A stretch of 64,000 nucleotides of DNA, taken from NCBI GenBank assembly GCA_964419565.1, contig CAYQPW010000008.1, positions 28,284 through 92,283 on the forward strand, read 5' to 3'. The notes under the pieces are model-generated. The model saw only the letters and a list, made by a program, of their open reading frames with translations, was not told the origin of the DNA and searched no databases. Both the position numbers and the translations under genes were made by a program. This document shows, piece after piece, positions 29,675 through 38,923 of this stretch. Position 1 is the stretch's first letter. Every line of letters begins with the position of its first letter. Source of the stretch: an uncultured bacterium. Its GTDB lineage: Bacteria; Hydrothermota; Tepidihabitantia; SM23-42.

Positions 29675-30018
29675 TTGAAAAGAATTGTATTCGTTGGAAT
29701 ACCATTATTGACTACATTGTTATTTGCACAAACACCTGATACGCTGTGGACCAAGACGTATATTGGGATTGAAAACGATGGGGGCTTCTTAAAATCGCAC
29801 CTGATACCTTTGCTGTGGAGGAAGCAAAGGGAAATATCATAGCAAATCACTCACTTGGTGCGTCAATCTTACAAGGATCATTAATCCTACCCGAAGGCAA
29901 AACCTGCAAAGTTTTTGACATCATAGGACGAGTAGTATTACCTCAACATATTAAACCAGGGATTTATTTTATTGAGGTCGATGGAAAGATCACACAGAAA
30001 GTTATTAAGATTCGTTAG
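29675..30018 (+). pseudogene. Frameshifted mini T9SS substrate (signal peptide + short linker + Por C-terminal domain); frameshift at G5 tract 29780-29784
   Basis: Frame A from TTG 29675: LKRIVFVGIPLLTTLLFAQTPDTLWTKTYIGIENDGG...stop 29840; frame B 29773..30018 encodes CTD ...KVFDIIGRVVLPQHIKPGIYFIEVDGKITQKVIKIR; +1 G would fuse to ~115 aa. Confidence 0.5.
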
Positions 30019-30061
30019 ATAACGCGTAAAACAGTAGTGTCTTAATTTATTTGTGACAACG

Positions 30062-30089
30062 TTGACACGGAAATATTGTTGATTATAAT
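30062..30089 (+). promoter_or_regulatory. Promoter TTGACA-N16-TATAAT for tRNA-Leu
   Basis: TTGACA 30062-30067, TATAAT 30084-30089, tRNA starts 30109. Confidence 0.5.
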
Positions 30090-30108
30090 AGAGTGCTTAG
30101 TAGATAGC

Positions 30109-30192
30109 GCCGGGATGGCGGAATTGGGAGACGTGCTAGGTTCAGGACCTAGTGCCTGAAAGGGCGTAGGGGTTCAAATCCCCTTCCCGGCA
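30109..30192 (+). tRNA. tRNA-Leu(CAG)
   Basis: GCCGGGATGGCGGAATTGGGAGACGTGCTAGGTTCAGGACCTAGTGCCTGAAAGGGCGTAGGGGTTCAAATCCCCTTCCCGGCA; long variable arm; close to E. coli tRNA-Leu(CAG). Confidence 0.9.
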
Positions 30193-30255
30193 TATGCCAC
30201 CTTTGGTGGCATCGATTACAATGATAACGACAGATTACAGTGATGTAGTATTTCA

Positions 30256-30765
30256 ATGAAAAAACACTTAATTCAAGCTGGGCGAATTTTATTTAAATAC
30301 CGCGCATTTATCGCGGTTCCTTTTTTTATCCTGCTCTTTATCTTCTCAAAGCCTGCGCCTATCAAAGTCATCCCTTATTTTATAATATTTATCGGCTTGT
30401 TCATAAGAATCTGGGCAGCGGGCTATATCGGTCAAAAGGCCCGGGCAACAGGATTTACCACTGGATGCAGGATAATGAACGCGCCCTATAAATATTTGAA
30501 ACATCCTTTATATATTGGAAATTTCTTTCTTGTTTTGGGCATTGTTATACTTTTTAATCCGGCAACATGGTTTGCTGTTTTGCTCATGATACTATTCTTG
30601 CTTATATATACAGTGATCATTATAAGCGAATTACATTATTTAAAGGATTTGCCCAAGATAAAAGCACAATTTAAGTTGACGAATTGCAAAGGTGAGATAT
30701 CAACGATAGTCATTGTTATAATTATTCTCATCATCTACCATATTTTAACATATACCATAAAATAA
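30256..30765 (+). CDS. Isoprenylcysteine carboxyl methyltransferase (ICMT)/phospholipid methyltransferase family membrane protein
   Basis: Polytopic; motif RIMNAPYKYLKHPLYIGNF (L.T.G.Y...RHP.Y.G). Confidence 0.65.
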   Translation: MKKHLIQAGRILFKYRAFIAVPFFILLFIFSKPAPIKVIPYFIIFIGLFIRIWAAGYIGQKARATGFTTGCRIMNAPYKYLKHPLYIGNFFLVLGIVILFNPATWFAVLLMILFLLIYTVIIISELHYLKDLPKIKAQFKLTNCKGEISTIVIVIIILIIYHILTYTIK

Positions 30766-30821
30766 TAATACCTATTTGGTAGATGTATTAACGAATAATG
30801 TGGAGATTTATCTGTTGATGT

Positions 30822-32915
30822 TTAGTAGTTGTCGATATCCAGATCGTTTATTTTATTGAAATCATCCTGATAATCAAAACCGCCTTCAAAACTATGGACG
30901 TCGCATGAATCCTGTGGTTCAGTGCCGGCGATAAAGACTTCTTCACTTACATTCGGACAAAACTGCCGTGCTAAAAGACCGGTTTGTGAACAGACCTTGC
31001 GATCGACCAGGCCGCTCGGTTTAGGGAACACGCCATGGGGTGGTTTATCTATTACTTTCATGAGGTCACCCCATATCGGTGAAGAAACATTGCCGCCCGT
31101 TGCGCCTCTGAATATCCGGTCATTGTTATCATTTCCAACCCAGACACCGCAGATGTATTTTGGTGTATAACCGATAAACCAGGCATCAGAGTAGTTGTTC
31201 GTTGTACCTGTTTTTCCGGCCGCAGGTCCTGTATAGTATCTTCTGATATAATAGGCTGTACCACCGTCGACAACAGAGCACATCATATTGGTCATGATAT
31301 AACTTATCTGGGGAGACAATATCTTTTCAGGGATGGGGTTATTCATTTCAATGATCGTACCATCACGGTCAGTTATCTTGCGGATATATGTCGTTTCCAG
31401 CCTTTCACCAAGATTGGCTATTGTACCGACCGCGCCGACCATTTCTATGAGACTAACATCGCAGGAACCAAGCGCTAGAGATACAACCGCGAGCAATGGC
31501 GAATTGACACCAAGGTTATGTGCATACTGGACAACGAGCTCAGGTCCGATATTGCGGATCAAACGTATCGCCGCGAGATTTCTGGAATGTTTCAGTGCCT
31601 GTTTTATGGTTATCGGACCCATGAACTTACGGTCGTAATTCGAGGGGCGATATATACTGTCCATACCCGGTACTTCAAGTACGATCGGTAGATCGAGCAC
31701 GACATCAGACGGCGTAAACCCATTATCGATCGCCGCGGTGAAGACAAACACCTTAAAAGCACTTCCTGCCTGACGTGTTGCTTGCGTGGCCCGATTCCAT
31801 TTACTCTGGGCAAAATCACGGCCACCGACCAGGGCTTTGACCTCACCAGTATGATAATCCATCACTGCTATTGCGCCCTGGAGATAGGGTGAATATGTTA
31901 ATGTATCAGGGATACCTATCGAATCGTATTTTGCTTTGGTTTCTTTAAAGTGATAATCTTTTTCGATCTGAACCAGGTGCTTTTCCATTATTTCTTCAGC
32001 TGCTTTTTGGATTTCCGTGTTCAACGTCGTGTAAATATGGGCACCGCTTCGATACAGGAATTCTGGTCCATATTTGAGTTCAAGATACCTTCTAATCTCT
32101 TCAACATAATATTCGCCAAAACGCTTCTGCGGTTTATGTTCGATGACGATAATCGATTCAGCTACTGCTTCCTCGTACTGGCTATTCGAAATAAGATTAT
32201 TTTCAAGCATTACTTTAAGCACAAGGTCTCTTCTTTGTCTGGCAATATCAGGATGCTTGTATGGCGAGTAATTTTCCGGCGATTTTGGTAAGGCGATCAA
32301 AAGAGCACATTCCGTAAGCGTTAATTCAGTGATATCTTTGTCAAAATAATATCTTGCCGCAGTAGCTACGCCGTACCTGCCCTGACCAAAATTTATTTGG
32401 TTCAAATACCGCTCCAGGATTTCGTCTTTAGTATAAGCCCGTTCAATACGAATAGCCAATGCCATTTCCTTGAGTTTTCTGTCCATGGTCTGTTCAAGCG
32501 TAAGGAACATATTCCTGGCCAATTGCATCGTTATCGTACTTCCGCCCTGGACAACACTCATATGCAGAATATTTGTGATCAACGCCCGAACCAGGGCGAG
32601 AATATCAACACCCCAGTGTTTGTAGAACGTTTTATCCTCAATACAGATCACCCCGTCTTTTAAGTAATCCGGGACCCGTTCTATTTGCGCTAATTCCCGT
32701 CGTTCAATAAAAAACTCGCTGATCAGGTTATCATTATCATCATAGACTCTCGATGAAACCGGTGCCATGAAGAATGATATCGATTCTGTAGGCGGTAGAT
32801 CCTGGACGATCGACAGATAGCCCCCGGCACAAAGACCGAGAAATAACGAGATCAATATGATTATCGCCCAACGAACGCGATGGCGTTTATTTGAGCGCGT
32901 GTTTATTTTTTGCAT
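30822..32915 (-). CDS. mrcA: Penicillin-binding protein 1A (bifunctional GT51 transglycosylase / transpeptidase)
   Basis: N-terminal TM; GT51 motifs EDKTFYKHWGVD, GGSTITMQLARN, RKLKEMALAIRIE; C-terminal TPase SAFK, SxN, KTGT. Confidence 0.9.
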   Translation of the reverse strand: MQKINTRSNKRHRVRWAIIILISLFLGLCAGGYLSIVQDLPPTESISFFMAPVSSRVYDDNDNLISEFFIERRELAQIERVPDYLKDGVICIEDKTFYKHWGVDILALVRALITNILHMSVVQGGSTITMQLARNMFLTLEQTMDRKLKEMALAIRIERAYTKDEILERYLNQINFGQGRYGVATAARYYFDKDITELTLTECALLIALPKSPENYSPYKHPDIARQRRDLVLKVMLENNLISNSQYEEAVAESIIVIEHKPQKRFGEYYVEEIRRYLELKYGPEFLYRSGAHIYTTLNTEIQKAAEEIMEKHLVQIEKDYHFKETKAKYDSIGIPDTLTYSPYLQGAIAVMDYHTGEVKALVGGRDFAQSKWNRATQATRQAGSAFKVFVFTAAIDNGFTPSDVVLDLPIVLEVPGMDSIYRPSNYDRKFMGPITIKQALKHSRNLAAIRLIRNIGPELVVQYAHNLGVNSPLLAVVSLALGSCDVSLIEMVGAVGTIANLGERLETTYIRKITDRDGTIIEMNNPIPEKILSPQISYIMTNMMCSVVDGGTAYYIRRYYTGPAAGKTGTTNNYSDAWFIGYTPKYICGVWVGNDNNDRIFRGATGGNVSSPIWGDLMKVIDKPPHGVFPKPSGLVDRKVCSQTGLLARQFCPNVSEEVFIAGTEPQDSCDVHSFEGGFDYQDDFNKINDLDIDNY

Positions 32916-33957
32916 CGAATTTATAAATTCTAGTGGGATCGATACGGAGAGTGAATATTTCTCCAGTATGCGGTATCTGCCCTTCAGGTAAGCAGGCGGA
33001 TAGAGCTATTTTCCCCCGACGACCATATATATAATGTTCATTGCCAAGTGGTTCTACGACATCGATCGTGATCTTAATAGTCGAACCTTTCTTCGTTGAA
33101 AAATCCGTTGGTCTTATGCCGATGGTCATCTCCTGACCAACATATTTAACGAATTTGCGGTTTAGTTTTAGCACGATATCTTCATTTTCAAAAATAATCT
33201 CCTTGCCTTTTCTTTTGATCCTTCCGGTCATGAAATTCATCGGTGGAGTGCCGATAAATCCAGCGACAAAGCTGTTCTTTGGTTCCCGATACAACTCGCC
33301 CGGGTCAGCTACTTGTTGTATTTCACCGTCTTTGATCACAATAATCTTCTGTCCCAGAGTCATTGCCTCGATTTGATCATGCGTTACGTAGATGATTGTC
33401 GCCTGAAGTTTTCTGTGGAGCCTCGAAAGTTCGGCGCGCATCTGTACTCGCAGTTTAGCATCGAGGTTAGATAGAGGTTCATCAAAAAGAAAGAGTTTTG
33501 GTTGTCTTACTATCGCCCGACCGACCGCGACGCGTTGGCGCTGACCTCCGGATAATTGCTTTGGTTTTCTCGCCAGAAGATCATCAATACCCAGAATCAC
33601 CGCCGTTTCATTGACCCTTTTTTTAATTTCGTTTTTTGGATATTTGCGCATTTTTAGTCCGAAAGCCATATTATCGAAGACATTCATATGCGGATATAAC
33701 GCATAATTTTGAAAGACCATCGCAACATTGCGGTCCTTTGGCGAAAAATCATTGACACAGCTGCCATCGATATAGATCTCTCCTGAGGTTAGTTCTTCAA
33801 GGCCAGCGATCAAACGTAATGCCGTGGTTTTACCACAACCAGAAGGACCGACGAGAACAGCGAATTCTTTATCGCATACTTCAAAGGAAAGATCCTTTGC
33901 TGCATAGACATTCTTGTCGTATATTTTGGTGACCTTATTTAGTTGGAGTCTCGCCAT
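32887..33957 (-). CDS. ABC transporter ATP-binding protein, MalK/UgpC/MsmK-type with C-terminal regulatory domain (no cognate permease adjacent)
   Basis: GPSGCGKTT, LSGGQRQRVAVGRAI, LFLFDEPLSNLD; 356 aa. Confidence 0.85.
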   Translation of the reverse strand: MARLQLNKVTKIYDKNVYAAKDLSFEVCDKEFAVLVGPSGCGKTTALRLIAGLEELTSGEIYIDGSCVNDFSPKDRNVAMVFQNYALYPHMNVFDNMAFGLKMRKYPKNEIKKRVNETAVILGIDDLLARKPKQLSGGQRQRVAVGRAIVRQPKLFLFDEPLSNLDAKLRVQMRAELSRLHRKLQATIIYVTHDQIEAMTLGQKIIVIKDGEIQQVADPGELYREPKNSFVAGFIGTPPMNFMTGRIKRKGKEIIFENEDIVLKLNRKFVKYVGQEMTIGIRPTDFSTKKGSTIKITIDVVEPLGNEHYIYGRRGKIALSACLPEGQIPHTGEIFTLRIDPTRIYKFDAKNKHALK

Positions 33958-34780
33958 GCTTCCAGATAATACTCAATATCCGTATCAGGGTATTTCGGAG
34001 TTCTTTTCTCGATACGACAATGTCGATCATCCCGTGGGCTAGCAGATTCTCTGACCGCTGTAATCCCGGTGGAAATTTCTCACCGATGGTTTGTTCCGCG
34101 ACCCGGGCACCGGTAAATCCAAGCAAAGCGCCGGGTTCGGTAATAATAATATCGCCTAAAGAAGCATAAGAGGCCATAACACCGGCTGTTGTCGGGTGGG
34201 TGAGGATAGAGATGTAAGGCAGTTTATTCTGAGCCAGGAGGGCCAATTCCGCGGATGTTTTTGCCATTTGCATTAAAGATAATATCCCTTCTTGCATCCG
34301 GGCACCACCCGATGCCGACAGGATTATCAAAGGCAGTTTTTTCTCGCGTGCTGTCCGAATAGCCCGGGCTATTTTTTCACCTATTACTGAACCCATACTA
34401 CCACCCATAAAAGCAAAATCCATTGCCGCAAAAACAACTTCTATACCGCCGATCGTAGCAAGACCATAGACGACGCCTTCTTTCATGCCGGTTTTTTCCT
34501 GGGCGGTTTTGATTTTTTTCTTGTATTCAGGAAAGTCTAGAGGATCCAGGGCTTCGAGGTTCTCGTCTTTTTCATTGAGATGAGCATTGTCAAACAATAG
34601 GGAGATGTACTTACGGTTATTTATCCTGAAATGAAAATTGCATTTTGTGCAAATCCACAGATTTTTCTCGAGTTCCTTACGATAAAGGATCTCCCCGCAG
34701 GTTTCACATTTAACCCATATTCCGTCGGGGAGTTTTAATTTCTCTTCCGGCTTTGCTTTTACCTTTTTCTTAAACCACAT
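33935..34780 (-). CDS. accD: Acetyl-CoA carboxylase carboxyltransferase subunit beta
   Basis: N-terminal Zn-ribbon CETCGEILYRKELEKNLWICTKCNFH; carboxyltransferase domain. Confidence 0.9.
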   Translation of the reverse strand: MWFKKKVKAKPEEKLKLPDGIWVKCETCGEILYRKELEKNLWICTKCNFHFRINNRKYISLLFDNAHLNEKDENLEALDPLDFPEYKKKIKTAQEKTGMKEGVVYGLATIGGIEVVFAAMDFAFMGGSMGSVIGEKIARAIRTAREKKLPLIILSASGGARMQEGILSLMQMAKTSAELALLAQNKLPYISILTHPTTAGVMASYASLGDIIITEPGALLGFTGARVAEQTIGEKFPPGLQRSENLLAHGMIDIVVSRKELRNTLIRILSIIWKHGETPTK

Positions 34781-34824
34781 AGGCTTTATTTTAACTTAAA
34801 TTAGGAAAATGTCAAGATAAGCTG

Positions 34825-35904
34825 CTAGCGCGGTACTCTGAAAATAAGGACAATACCAACGATACCAAAGAGCATATTGGGAAACCAGGCAGCTAGAAAG
34901 GGGTCTATTAAACCCGCGACTCCATAAGCACGACATGACTGTATGAGGCCCCAATAAGTAAAGGCAAGAGCAACACTTATGCCCAGTCCTATGGCAATAC
35001 CTCCCTTTTTTAATACCACAGAAAGAGGAAGGGTTATCAGGAGGATTATCAGCGTGATTATCGGGTAGGAAAAACGATAATTCAGTTCCACCTCTTCTTT
35101 TGCTACGTTTTCACCGCCCCTTGCTCGCTTCTGGACAAACCGGTAGATCTCTATAAAATTCATTTCTTCAAGCGGCTTTATTCTTTTTAAAAAATCTTCT
35201 GGTTTTTCCTGTAATTCCGGCATTTCCAGAACTTTGTAGGACTTTACAGTTTCATTTCCCTGGTCATCGAATTCACGGAACGTTGCTTCGCTGAATTTCC
35301 ATGAGCCGTCATAGATCGCAGCATCAGCATCGATCCTCTTTTTAATCTTATTTTCCCGAGAGATCTGCCATAAGATAACGACATTGATTCTCTGTGTTGA
35401 AGAATCAAATTTTTTGATGAAATAGATCCAATTATTCTCACCATTATAGAAAAAATTACTTCGAGTGTTCTGTGGTCGCTTGGGCCGCTTGTCGATTTTC
35501 TCCTGTTGGTGCGTGAACAACTGTGCGTGGGACCAGACCCCCACGGTTTCCTGAAAGACAAAGGTCAGTAAACAGATCACGATCCCGGCGAAAAGGATCA
35601 AGTAAAAAAGGCGATTCGTATTCAAACCGCACGTTTTCAAAGCGACCATTTCCTTATTTTTGGTCATAATCCCAAAAACAAAAAAGACCGCCATTATCGA
35701 CGCGACCGGAATGAGAAGCACAATATAAGACGGAGTCAGGTATAAATAATAGATGAGGATATCTTTTGCTAGAGCATCTTTGACCAGAAATTTCCCCAGA
35801 TTATCAAACAGGTTTATGATTATATATATGAATATTAGGACAGCGAGACAGATAAACAGATACTTTACGAAATTTCTAAGTACATAACGGTTAATGACTT
35901 TCAT
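34825..35904 (-). CDS. lptG: LPS export ABC permease LptF/LptG family (YjgP/YjgQ)
   Basis: 359 aa, 6 TM with periplasmic beta-jellyroll insert; paired with paralog upstream. Confidence 0.8.
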   Translation of the reverse strand: MKVINRYVLRNFVKYLFICLAVLIFIYIIINLFDNLGKFLVKDALAKDILIYYLYLTPSYIVLLIPVASIMAVFFVFGIMTKNKEMVALKTCGLNTNRLFYLILFAGIVICLLTFVFQETVGVWSHAQLFTHQQEKIDKRPKRPQNTRSNFFYNGENNWIYFIKKFDSSTQRINVVILWQISRENKIKKRIDADAAIYDGSWKFSEATFREFDDQGNETVKSYKVLEMPELQEKPEDFLKRIKPLEEMNFIEIYRFVQKRARGGENVAKEEVELNYRFSYPIITLIILLITLPLSVVLKKGGIAIGLGISVALAFTYWGLIQSCRAYGVAGLIDPFLAAWFPNMLFGIVGIVLIFRVPR

Positions 35905-37148
35905 TTTAATAATTTTCTAAAAGGAGATCTCTCGTATTCGGCGAGCAGAAATAAATATACGCCAGAGACAAAAAGCACAATATTGGGCAACCACATCGCC
36001 CAGTAAGGCGAAAAGCCGCGGCGATCAGCAAATTCCTCGCCGGCTAGGATAAGGATGTAATAGGAAGAAAACAACAGGATGCCGATAAGTACGCCGGCGA
36101 TCCCGCCACGACGGAAAAGATAACCTAAGGGCGCACCGATCAGGACAAAAAGGATACAGGCGACAGCTAATGAGAATTTTTTATTGAACTCAACGATATA
36201 TCGAGAAACCCTTCTCTCTTTGCCCTTTATAACGTTTATTTTTTTCTCGATCTTAAAACGCGCGGCATCGAGGTTGCTGACATTACCATTAACGAATCCG
36301 GTAATCGCCTCACTGCCAATGGCGGCTATTTCATCATTTAAAACCGCGATCTCTTTTCTCGCTTCGTCAATTTTCGCCCGAAGTCCAAAGACATTCAACT
36401 CATTTTGATTCCGGCTTGTTCGTTCTTTTCTTATGAGTTCAGTATTTACCGCCATGTTAATTGTCTGTTTGCTGAAATCTGTTTTCTGGTATTTGATCTC
36501 ATCGATAAGCTGGTGTAATTCACCATTGTAGAGAGTGAATTGAAGTATGCCCTCATCTTCAAAATCATTAAGATCCCCGTTGGGCGCGGTCATCATCAAA
36601 TTATTACGAAGATCATAGATCGTAATATCATAGAGTTTCGAACGATGTTCGTCTTTTCTACCTACATAAACCATATAACCGGGAAACTCATTTGTAAAGA
36701 CACCTTCAGGTAATCTTATCGCTGGTCTTTTACGCGAGACATCGAGCATAAGATTCCTTACGCGATGGTTAGATTCTGGGAGAATGAAGCTGTTGAAAAA
36801 GATAAGAAAGAGCATAAAAATAAGAGTAGCTATTAAAGGCGTCTTCATGAGCGAAAAGAAAGTCTGACCACTGACCTTTAGAGCGAGAATTTCATTGTCC
36901 TGGGCAAAGCGTCCGAAGGTCATGACGATAGCGACAAGAATCGCCATTGGTGCAGTATAAGAAATGATCAAGGGCAGTGTATAGACGAGTATCTGACCGA
37001 CGATGTCAAAAGGTAGGCCTTTTCTTACAAAAAGATCAATAAGGCGGAACAGTTGATCCATCAGCAGGATAAAGGTTAACGCGATCAAAGAAAAAAAGAA
37101 AGGGGGTATGAACTCGCGAAGGAAATAGCGGTCTATTAATCTATTCAA
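35901..37148 (-). CDS. lptF: LPS export ABC permease LptF/LptG family with extra coiled-coil insertion in the periplasmic domain
   Basis: 415 aa; MNRLIDRYFLREF...; ~90 aa charged coiled-coil insert. Confidence 0.8.
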   Translation of the reverse strand: MNRLIDRYFLREFIPPFFFSLIALTFILLMDQLFRLIDLFVRKGLPFDIVGQILVYTLPLIISYTAPMAILVAIVMTFGRFAQDNEILALKVSGQTFFSLMKTPLIATLIFMLFLIFFNSFILPESNHRVRNLMLDVSRKRPAIRLPEGVFTNEFPGYMVYVGRKDEHRSKLYDITIYDLRNNLMMTAPNGDLNDFEDEGILQFTLYNGELHQLIDEIKYQKTDFSKQTINMAVNTELIRKERTSRNQNELNVFGLRAKIDEARKEIAVLNDEIAAIGSEAITGFVNGNVSNLDAARFKIEKKINVIKGKERRVSRYIVEFNKKFSLAVACILFVLIGAPLGYLFRRGGIAGVLIGILLFSSYYILILAGEEFADRRGFSPYWAMWLPNIVLFVSGVYLFLLAEYERSPFRKLLK

Positions 37149-37905
37149 TCAATCCTCTCTTTTTGAGTTGCGCAACTCCGGTCACTGCTGAGGTGAGCGG
37201 TGCCCACTTGCCGGGATCAAGATCGGCATTGAAAGGCATGATCCCAAGGTGAACAAGTCTCATATAGGGGATGTAAAGATATGAATTATTTTGTATTTTT
37301 TTCATAGCAAAGAAATCTTTAGGATAGATCGGGTCAACCAACCGGTCAAAAAGAATGATCAGATTACCATTTGTCAGGGTATCATACTCATAGAATTTAC
37401 TGTCCGGGAATAATGGTAAGTAGTTTTCCGATACCGCAAAGACCATCGGGTCAGCGTATATTGGACGATCACTTGCACCACACACGATTTCTGCAAAAAG
37501 CCTTCTGGTGAGAGTGTATTTTTCATTGACAACGCGATTGATCGACGGCTGCAAGCCGTTGAGAAAAGCAAACATTTCCTGGTATTTCTTGTTTCTTCGA
37601 TAAAAGAGAAACAGATTCAAATATGCATTTTCGTCAGTACTACCGATATTGATCAATTGTTCCAAAACATGCACGGATTTAATCTCATCTTTGAGCTTCT
37701 TATAGCAATCATATAGATAATACAAGGTAGTCTGGGATTCTGGATGTTCATTATAATAAGCGTCGAAGTGGATTACCGCTTGTTGGTAATGGTCTTTTTG
37801 ATACTCGATCAACCCTTTTTCAAACTCGCTTCGGCGTTTGAAAAATGTTGAGCAGCTTATGCAAATGAGGAGTACTAAGGTCCAAAAATAATGGCGAGAC
37901 GGCAT
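37141..37905 (-). CDS. Hypothetical lipoprotein with TPR-like N-terminal region
   Basis: Lipobox LLICISCS; helical repeat region. Confidence 0.5.
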   Translation of the reverse strand: MPSRHYFWTLVLLICISCSTFFKRRSEFEKGLIEYQKDHYQQAVIHFDAYYNEHPESQTTLYYLYDCYKKLKDEIKSVHVLEQLINIGSTDENAYLNLFLFYRRNKKYQEMFAFLNGLQPSINRVVNEKYTLTRRLFAEIVCGASDRPIYADPMVFAVSENYLPLFPDSKFYEYDTLTNGNLIILFDRLVDPIYPKDFFAMKKIQNNSYLYIPYMRLVHLGIMPFNADLDPGKWAPLTSAVTGVAQLKKRGLIE

Positions 37906-38663
37906 TCTCTTAAAAGGTTCAAGTTATTTTTCGAACCGTGTATGCGTTGTCCATTCGAGACAGTAACTTTGATATCGGTTCGCGAGCTACCGACGACATC
38001 GGTTGCCCTAATTCTAAGGGGGTTTTGCCCGATTCTCGGATCATTGTGCGGTTCTTGCATTGTGTAAAGGACTAAACCCTGATCGATAATGAAATTCTGG
38101 TCAGCAAAATTCACCGAGTATATCTCATCCAGAGCCTCATTATAAATCTTTGGGAAAAGACATGGTTTCAAGTTGAGACCTCGACAATCGATGATAATAC
38201 CGGTATACACAGCAGTTTCAATCTGTTTCGGAACAAGCTTTATGTCCGGATGCACTGGTTTACCTTCAGGCCATTCCTGGCCGCAGTAAGGACACAGCAT
38301 GGGCACAACGAGTTTTACCGGCGAGGGTTTCGGCAAGATATAGAGCATTATTTTATTAGTTAAAGAAAGATTGTAGACATATTCGGTACTGCCGTCGGTC
38401 AGGTAATTCTGCTTGAGAACACGGTATTCTGCAAGAAGGCTGGATACTTGATCACTGTATTGAGTATTGGTCTTGAGAAAATCCCTGACCAACATGCTTT
38501 GATCGTATTGCAGATTGCTGAATTCTTTTTTCAAAAGATCAAATGCAGTTACCTGGTCAGTTGCTGATGCCTTGAGTGTGTAAGTTTCCCAGTCCATATC
38601 TCCGGAAGTCGGTCCGGTAGCAAGAAGACAAAATAAAATAAAGAAAAACTTCAATTTCAACAT
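37875..38663 (-). CDS. Hypothetical secreted protein
   Basis: Signal peptide MLKLKFFFILFCLLATGPTSG; no recognisable domain. Confidence 0.5.
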   Translation of the reverse strand: MLKLKFFFILFCLLATGPTSGDMDWETYTLKASATDQVTAFDLLKKEFSNLQYDQSMLVRDFLKTNTQYSDQVSSLLAEYRVLKQNYLTDGSTEYVYNLSLTNKIMLYILPKPSPVKLVVPMLCPYCGQEWPEGKPVHPDIKLVPKQIETAVYTGIIIDCRGLNLKPCLFPKIYNEALDEIYSVNFADQNFIIDQGLVLYTMQEPHNDPRIGQNPLRIRATDVVGSSRTDIKVTVSNGQRIHGSKNNLNLLRECRLAIIFGP

Positions 38664-38799
38664 AATACCTCCATGCGATCCATATATGGATCGCAGCTAA
38701 TAGTAGATAGCTTCTGGCAGATAACCGATAACGAGTCTCTTATAAGCCATTAACTATGAGCTATCTGTGGTGTCACTTTGGGTGACACGCCACATACAC

Positions 38800-38871
38800 A
38801 GCGGGCGACGGGATTCGAACCCGCGACCCTCGGCTTGGGAAGCCGATGCTCGACCCCTGAGCTACACCCGC
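38800..38871 (-). tRNA. tRNA-Gly(CCC)
   Basis: revcomp GCGGGTGTAGCTCAGGGGTCGAGCATCGGCTTCCCAAGCCGAGGGTCGCGGGTTCGAATCCCGTCGCCCGCT; U73. Confidence 0.9.
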
Positions 38872-38883
38872 AACTTTGCAAAA

Positions 38884-38911
38884 ATTATATGCCAAATGCT
38901 TAACATGTCAA
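38884..38911 (-). promoter_or_regulatory. Promoter TTGACA-N16-TATAAT for tRNA-Gly
   Basis: minus-strand TTGACAtgttaagcatttggcaTATAAT, 13 nt before tRNA 5' end. Confidence 0.5.
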
Positions 38912-38923
38912 GATTAATGATTT

